Below, piece by piece: positions 27,367 through 32,020 of a DNA stretch of 32,020 nucleotides. Source of the stretch: Myxococcota bacterium (lineage in GTDB: Bacteria; Myxococcota; Myxococcia; Myxococcales; Myxococcaceae); assembly GCA_049322255.1 (NCBI GenBank), contig JBMORE010000032.1:1-32020 (forward strand), given 5' to 3'. The notes beneath the pieces are model-generated. The model did not search any database, was not told the origin of the DNA, and worked only from the letters and a program-made list of their open reading frames with translations. Positions within the stretch are counted from its first letter, which is position 1; each line of letters opens with the position of its first letter. The position numbers were made by a program, and so were the translations under genes.

Positions 27367-27527
27367 GCAAGCCTCCTCCGAAGGTCAAACGCCGCTACCT
27401 TGCACCGAGTCTTCGTTCCCAGCAGATCGTAGCCCCCAATCTCCTCACGGTGACTTGTTCGGGGGCAACGCCGCTTCTCTGTCCGGATGGGGAGACGTGC
27501 GTAGCGGATCTCGGCGACTGCCCGTAG
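27363..27527 (+). CDS. putative RiPP precursor peptide (54 aa; YxxPxL leader, 4-Cys C-terminal core)
   Basis: Hand translation: MSKPPPKVKRRYLAPSLRSQQIVAPNLLTVTCSGATPLLCPDGETCVADLGDCP*; ATGA overlap with the adhesin stop; shorter than any ORF in the supplied track. Confidence 0.75.
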   Translation: MSKPPPKVKRRYLAPSLRSQQIVAPNLLTVTCSGATPLLCPDGETCVADLGDCP

Positions 27528-27541
27528 CAAGCGGTCTTGGA

Positions 27542-28285
27542 GTGGAAGTTGACCGCCAAATTCTCGAGCTCAGCTCGGCGCGATGCCATTGGCAGTCGTT
27601 TGCCAGCGTTGGAAGCCGAGACGAGCCCAGCGTCTTCGTACGCAGGACGAACAGGCTCGAGGAGAGCGAGAAACTTCCCCTGATGGGTTCGCTGGCACCT
27701 TGGGGCTTCTACACGCTCCAGGGAGACGAGCTGCTCTGCCAAATTCCAGATGACCCGTTCGCTGCGGAGTCGGTGCTGCGCATCGCCTACCATGTCGCGA
27801 CGGTACGTGCAGGAGGCTTGCTCGTTCACGCCTCAGCCATTGCGTTTGATAAGTGCGCTGTTGCTGCAGTTGGACCGAGCGGAGCGGGGAAGTCGACCTT
27901 GGCGAACCTATGCGCCTCCGCCGAAGGAAAGGGAAAGCTGCTCACCGATGAAATAGTGCAGCTTTTCCCTGAGGGGTTGTGCGCAGGCACGCCGTTTCGC
28001 TCCAACCATGAGAATGTGGGCTCGCCGGGGCTCTATCGCCTCACGTCACTGCTCCTGCTCGAGAAGGGCTCCCAAGAGCGTATCGACCCGGTCGCTTCGC
28101 ATCGAGGAATGCCCGCACTCCTCTCCCAGGTGTTCCGGTCGGAGGCGCTCGAGCTTTCCAACGCCGAGGTGCTTCGGCGGCTGGCCGATACCGTCGAAGC
28201 GTCCGGTTTGCACCGCCTGACCTTTCGCAATGATGCGGCTGTGGGACCTTTCCTGCGCCAGTGGGTGGCCACCTGTGGGAGTTAG
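27542..28285 (+). CDS. HPr-kinase-related P-loop kinase (lasso-peptide-kinase/ScmC-like)
   Basis: GGLLVHASAI...GPSGAGKSTL, LLTDE, GTPF; start uncertain (GTG 27542 chosen, frame open from 27455). Confidence 0.75.
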   Translation: MEVDRQILELSSARCHWQSFASVGSRDEPSVFVRRTNRLEESEKLPLMGSLAPWGFYTLQGDELLCQIPDDPFAAESVLRIAYHVATVRAGGLLVHASAIAFDKCAVAAVGPSGAGKSTLANLCASAEGKGKLLTDEIVQLFPEGLCAGTPFRSNHENVGSPGLYRLTSLLLLEKGSQERIDPVASHRGMPALLSQVFRSEALELSNAEVLRRLADTVEASGLHRLTFRNDAAVGPFLRQWVATCGS

Positions 28286-28985
28286 GGTCGCCGACTTCCT
28301 CGAGCAGCTGCCACTGGGTGCAACGATGTGGTTGTCGACACGGGGCACGAGCATGGCGCCCCTTCTGCGGAGCAGAGACGCCCTTCGCGTGCAAAGGTGC
28401 ATCGAGGACGAGCTTCATCGGGGCGACATCGCCATCTTGCGCCGGGAAGATGGCGCTCTCCTGGCCCACATCGTGACGGCGACCCACCCCCTTCGCACCT
28501 CGTCCTTCAGCGGCACCCCCGACGCTCCGGGGCTTCGGAGCCTGGGCAAGGCGATGGCCGTGCGGCGGAAGGGGAAGGAGCTGCCACTGCCTGCTTCGGC
28601 GCGGGTGCCCCTCTACGCGGCACACCGGGTGTGGGCCGGTGCGGCGAAGTCACCGCTGGCGCGCGCGACGCTGCGCCTTTTGCTCGAGTCCACCGCACGC
28701 TTTCGCAGGTGGCAGCTCTCCCCGCTGAGCGTTCGCTTACTTTGCGAGGCCGACCTGCCCACGCTGGCGGACTACGCTCCGGCCGGGCTGGCCGCGACGG
28801 AGGAGGAGCTCGCTCGACTCCTTCGCCCGCCCCGGCGAGCGGCGGGAGCCTTCTTGGGGAACAGGCTGGTGGGTCTCGGGTTGGCGGAGGGCGCCGCGGT
28901 ACGGCACCTCTCGACGACTTTGTGGGCCCGCGCGGTGGGGCTGGAGGCCGAGCTGCTCGAGCTTCTCGGCGCGCGCGATGGGTGA
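28275..28985 (+). CDS. S24/S26-family serine peptidase with degenerate GNAT-like C-terminal region
   Basis: RGTSMAPLL..RD...GDIAIL...LAHIV; tail VRLLCEADL...GAFLGNRLVG...LWARAVGLEAELL; GTG 28275 overlaps the kinase stop. Confidence 0.72.
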   Translation: MGVRVADFLEQLPLGATMWLSTRGTSMAPLLRSRDALRVQRCIEDELHRGDIAILRREDGALLAHIVTATHPLRTSSFSGTPDAPGLRSLGKAMAVRRKGKELPLPASARVPLYAAHRVWAGAAKSPLARATLRLLLESTARFRRWQLSPLSVRLLCEADLPTLADYAPAGLAATEEELARLLRPPRRAAGAFLGNRLVGLGLAEGAAVRHLSTTLWARAVGLEAELLELLGARDG

Positions 28986-29895
28986 GGAACTTTCCCGCGG
29001 CCCCGGCCTCAAGGCCGACGCGCTCTTGGTGCTCATCACCGCCTTCTGGGGCGTCACCTTCGTGGTGGTGAAGGACGCGCTGAACGACGCCGACGCTTTC
29101 AGCTTCCTGGCCATGCGTTTCGCGGTGGGCGGCATCGCCGCTTCGGCCATCGCGCGGCGCACCCTTTTCGACCGTGGCGCGTGGCACGCCGGGCTTTTGC
29201 TCGGGGTGCTCCTCTTCGTCGGGTATGCGTTTCAGACCTTCGGGCTCTCCCTCACCACGCCCTCCCGCTCGGCCTTCCTCACCGGGCTCGCGGTGGTGCT
29301 GGTGCCCTTCGCCGCGCTGCTCGTCTTTCGGCGAATGCCGAAGGCGCCGGCGCTCCTGGGGGTTGCGCTGGCGGCGGGAGGGCTGTACCTGCTCACCGGC
29401 GGCCTTTCCGGCGGTGGCACGCGCCTGGGCGATGGGCTGACGGTGGGCTGCGCCATCGCCTTCTGCTTTCACATCGTTCTCACCGAGCGCTTCGCTCCCG
29501 GTCGGCCGGTGGTGGCGATGGTCGCCTGGCAGCTTTGGGTCACCGCGCTCCTCTCCGCGCTCTGCCTACCTTTCTCCCAGGCTCGCATCCATTGGACGGG
29601 CTCGCTCCTCTCGGCCATTCTCGCCTGCGGCATTTTTGCCTCCGCCCTCGCCATCTCTTTGCAGACTTGGGCCCAACGGCGCACCACCGCGGTGCGCGCG
29701 GCGCTCATCTTCGCGCTCGAGCCGGTGTTTGCAGCGCTCCTCTCCGTCGGCTTGGGGAGGGAAACGCTCGGGCTGGTCGAGGGGATGGGAGGCGTGCTCA
29801 TTGTGCTGGGAGTGGTTTGCGCGGAGGTGGGTGGGGTTTTGGTGAGGAGAGTACGCCCCTCATCCCCGCCCCTCTCCCAGGGGGAGAGGGTGTAA
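28978..29895 (+). CDS. EamA/DMT family transporter
   Basis: WGVTFVVVKDAL, FQTFGL..TTPS.SAFLTGL.VV.VP, QTWAQ, ALIFALEPVFA; about 10 TM segments. Confidence 0.92.
   Translation: MGEELSRGPGLKADALLVLITAFWGVTFVVVKDALNDADAFSFLAMRFAVGGIAASAIARRTLFDRGAWHAGLLLGVLLFVGYAFQTFGLSLTTPSRSAFLTGLAVVLVPFAALLVFRRMPKAPALLGVALAAGGLYLLTGGLSGGGTRLGDGLTVGCAIAFCFHIVLTERFAPGRPVVAMVAWQLWVTALLSALCLPFSQARIHWTGSLLSAILACGIFASALAISLQTWAQRRTTAVRAALIFALEPVFAALLSVGLGRETLGLVEGMGGVLIVLGVVCAEVGGVLVRRVRPSSPPLSQGERV
29857..29890 (-). repeat. BoxC/triplex-type repeat, copy 7, forming the last codons of the EamA gene
   Basis: CCCTCATCC-CCGC-CCCTCTCCC-AGG-GGGAGAGGG; translated as ..PSSPPLSQGERV*. Confidence 0.8.
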
Positions 29896-30867
29896 ATGCC
29901 GGTTGAGCTGCGCAAAGGTGGGTTGCACCTGTCGGGCACGGCGCTCTCCTTGGACGCCACCCGCAAGGTGCCGCTCTCCTTCGTTTCGCACGCGCACTCC
30001 GACCACATCGCTCGTCACGAGCGTGTCATCGCCACCCGGCCCACCGTCGAGCTGATGACGCATCGTCTCGGCCAGCTCCCGGCGGCGCTGCCGGCGCCCT
30101 ACCGCCGGCCCTTTGAAATCGGGCCGCTCCTTCTCGAGCTCTTCCCCGCGGGGCACATTCTCGGCTCAGCTCAGTTGCGCATCACCCGCGCCGACGGCCA
30201 CCGTGTCGTCTACACCGGTGACTTGAATATGGAGTCCTCGCTCACCGCCGAGGCTGCCGAAGTGGTCGAGGGCGACACCCTCATCCTCGAGTCGACCTTC
30301 GGGCACCCGAAGTTCGTCTTTCCGCCGCGCGAGCAAGTCTTTGCCGACGTCGAAGCATGGGTACTCAAGAAGCTGGAAGAGAAAGTCGCGCCCATTCTCC
30401 TCGGCTACCCGCTGGGCAAGAGCCAGGAAATCATCAAGTACCTCGGTGACCGAGGCTTTTCCTTGCGCGCCCACCCGAACATCTTCGCGGTGAGCCAGCT
30501 CTACCGGTCACTCGGAGTGGAGCTGAAGGTGCGGCGCTTCGACGGCGAGTTGGGCGAGGGGGAGGTGGGGGTTTTCCCGCCCTTCGGCCGCTCGCAGGCG
30601 GTCAAGCGCCTCTGGCCGCGCGCCACCGCGGTCCTCACCGGCTGGGCGCTGGAGCCATGGGCCGCTAGCCGCTACGGCGCCGACGTGGCTTTCCCCCTCT
30701 CCGACCACGCCGACTTTCCCTCCCTCGTTCGCTACGCCAAGGCCACCGGCGCCGAGGAGGTCATCACCCACCACGGTTTTGCAACCGAGCTGGCAGAAGA
30801 GCTTCGGCGAGAAGGGGTGTTCGCTCGCCCGGTGGGAAAACCGGTGCAGATGGAGATGGGGTTTTAA
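29896..30867 (+). CDS. metallo-beta-lactamase/beta-CASP nuclease, DNA-ligase-associated exonuclease-like
   Basis: SHAHSDH, PAGHILGSA, YTGD, ESTFG, Y.LGKSQE, LSDHADF, HG. Confidence 0.85.
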   Translation: MPVELRKGGLHLSGTALSLDATRKVPLSFVSHAHSDHIARHERVIATRPTVELMTHRLGQLPAALPAPYRRPFEIGPLLLELFPAGHILGSAQLRITRADGHRVVYTGDLNMESSLTAEAAEVVEGDTLILESTFGHPKFVFPPREQVFADVEAWVLKKLEEKVAPILLGYPLGKSQEIIKYLGDRGFSLRAHPNIFAVSQLYRSLGVELKVRRFDGELGEGEVGVFPPFGRSQAVKRLWPRATAVLTGWALEPWAASRYGADVAFPLSDHADFPSLVRYAKATGAEEVITHHGFATELAEELRREGVFARPVGKPVQMEMGF

Positions 30868-31901
30868 TGAAAACTGCGCTGTCGCTTTCGATTCTTATTC
30901 TTGGCTGTGCTGGGCCACGCAAGACTTCGCCCGCGCCAGCTACTACTCAAGGTCCCAACATCTGCTCCACTGCGCAGCGTCTGGCCGCGGGAGGTTCGTT
31001 TGCGAGGGCGGCCGACGGCGTCGCCATCTGGTACAAGCTCGCCGGCCGGAAAGGCGCTCCGACCATCGCGTATCTCCACGGTGGACCTGGCTACAACGCC
31101 TTCGCCTTTGAGCAGAGTAGTGGCCGGCTGCTGGAGAGTCGCTTCCAGGTACTCTACATCGACCAACGCGGGTGCGGTCGGTCCGGCTTCCACGGATCGC
31201 CAAGCCAGTATGGGATGTCCAAGACTGTCGATGATATCGAGCAAATCCGCGCGAGCATCGGAGTCGGTCGCTTGATCCTCCTCGGGCACTCCTTCGGTGG
31301 ATTGGTCGCCGCCGAATACGCCCGTCGCTACCCGGCACATGTATCTGCCATCGTGATGATTGACATTGCTCCCGACGTCCACCGAGCTCTGGAACATCAA
31401 GTTGCAACCATCGATGCCGTGGCCGAGACCAAGTTCCCAGTCGAAGCCAGCAGGATTCACGCGATCGCCCAGTCGGACGGGAAACCGTTCGAGAAGCTGT
31501 TCCGCCTTTACGAGCTACTTGGCCGTGTCCCAATCCAGCGGCACCTGCACTATGCCGCCCCCCAAGCCCAGGAGAAAATGGAGCGAGTCGATGGTGCGTC
31601 AGGGATCATGGGCTGCACCTCGTCGGAGGTCCTCAGTGCCTTTGAGCGGGAAGGATACCTCCTTGGACCAAGGCCCTCGGTCGCGGCGCGAATCACCGTT
31701 CCGACCCTCCTCATTGCGGGTCGTTCGAGTCACGTCATTGGAGCGGACAACATTCGATTCGCTGCGGAAATCTGGGGAGCACGTGTTCAATGGCTCGAGA
31801 CTGGGCACTTCGTCTATTTCGAGCGGCCTGACGAGTTCGCGAACGCCGTCGAGAGTTTCGTTTGGGGAACAGGAATCCTCGAGCAAGCAAGTCCTCGCTG
31901 A
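30867..31901 (+). CDS. alpha/beta hydrolase, proline iminopeptidase (S33)-like, probable lipoprotein
   Basis: Lipobox-like ILGC; HGGPG, DQRGCGRS, GHSFGG nucleophile elbow, GH..YFE.P. Confidence 0.85.
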   Translation: MKTALSLSILILGCAGPRKTSPAPATTQGPNICSTAQRLAAGGSFARAADGVAIWYKLAGRKGAPTIAYLHGGPGYNAFAFEQSSGRLLESRFQVLYIDQRGCGRSGFHGSPSQYGMSKTVDDIEQIRASIGVGRLILLGHSFGGLVAAEYARRYPAHVSAIVMIDIAPDVHRALEHQVATIDAVAETKFPVEASRIHAIAQSDGKPFEKLFRLYELLGRVPIQRHLHYAAPQAQEKMERVDGASGIMGCTSSEVLSAFEREGYLLGPRPSVAARITVPTLLIAGRSSHVIGADNIRFAAEIWGARVQWLETGHFVYFERPDEFANAVESFVWGTGILEQASPR

Positions 31902-32020
31902 ATTCAAGCGCGCGGCGCTCTAGCGAAAACGTGTGCGGCACAGGCCGACTTGGTGGTGAAGCCGGCATCTTGTTCCAAGCGCTCTATCATGGGGCAAAAG
32001 TGCCCATGGATACGCACTAG

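Noticed and set aside
27363..28985. Canonical lasso peptide cluster
   Set aside because: No asparagine-synthetase-like cyclase or transglutaminase-like B2 protease is in the window. No cleavage register gives both Thr at -2 and an Asp/Glu acceptor at core position 7-9. A cyclase acting in trans cannot be excluded.
4891..29890. CRISPR array or rho-independent terminators for the 33-nt repeats
   Set aside because: The copies are dispersed rather than regularly spaced, there are no cas genes, and the hairpins lack U-tracts.

Overview
High-GC bacterial window that looks like Myxococcota (inferred from gene content and protein style), assembled with one 100-N scaffold gap. Most of it is housekeeping: YihY, Ku, SulP/DauA, mutM, mce, an outer-membrane barrel, lysA-dapA-dapB-FAH-folK, KpsF/GutQ, transaldolase and etfBA. 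There are also two PIN-type toxin-antitoxin pairs and two large Ig-repeat surface lipoproteins. The main discovery is a candidate RiPP-like system at 21728-28985. It encodes a stand-alone PqqD/RRE protein, a 1769-aa Ig-repeat/FG-GAP lipoprotein, a 54-aa Cys-rich peptide with a YxxPxL leader motif (27363-27527, missing from the ORF track), an HPr-kinase-like P-loop kinase and an S26-type Ser/His peptidase with a GNAT-like tail. No lasso cyclase, radical SAM or pqqBCE gene is present in the window. A second notable feature is a family of seven ~33-nt hairpin/triplex/G4-type repeats (BoxC-like). One copy is inserted in frame inside an enzyme gene, and two copies directly bracket a small lipoprotein gene. 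All family assignments come from motif recognition by eye; no database search was run.
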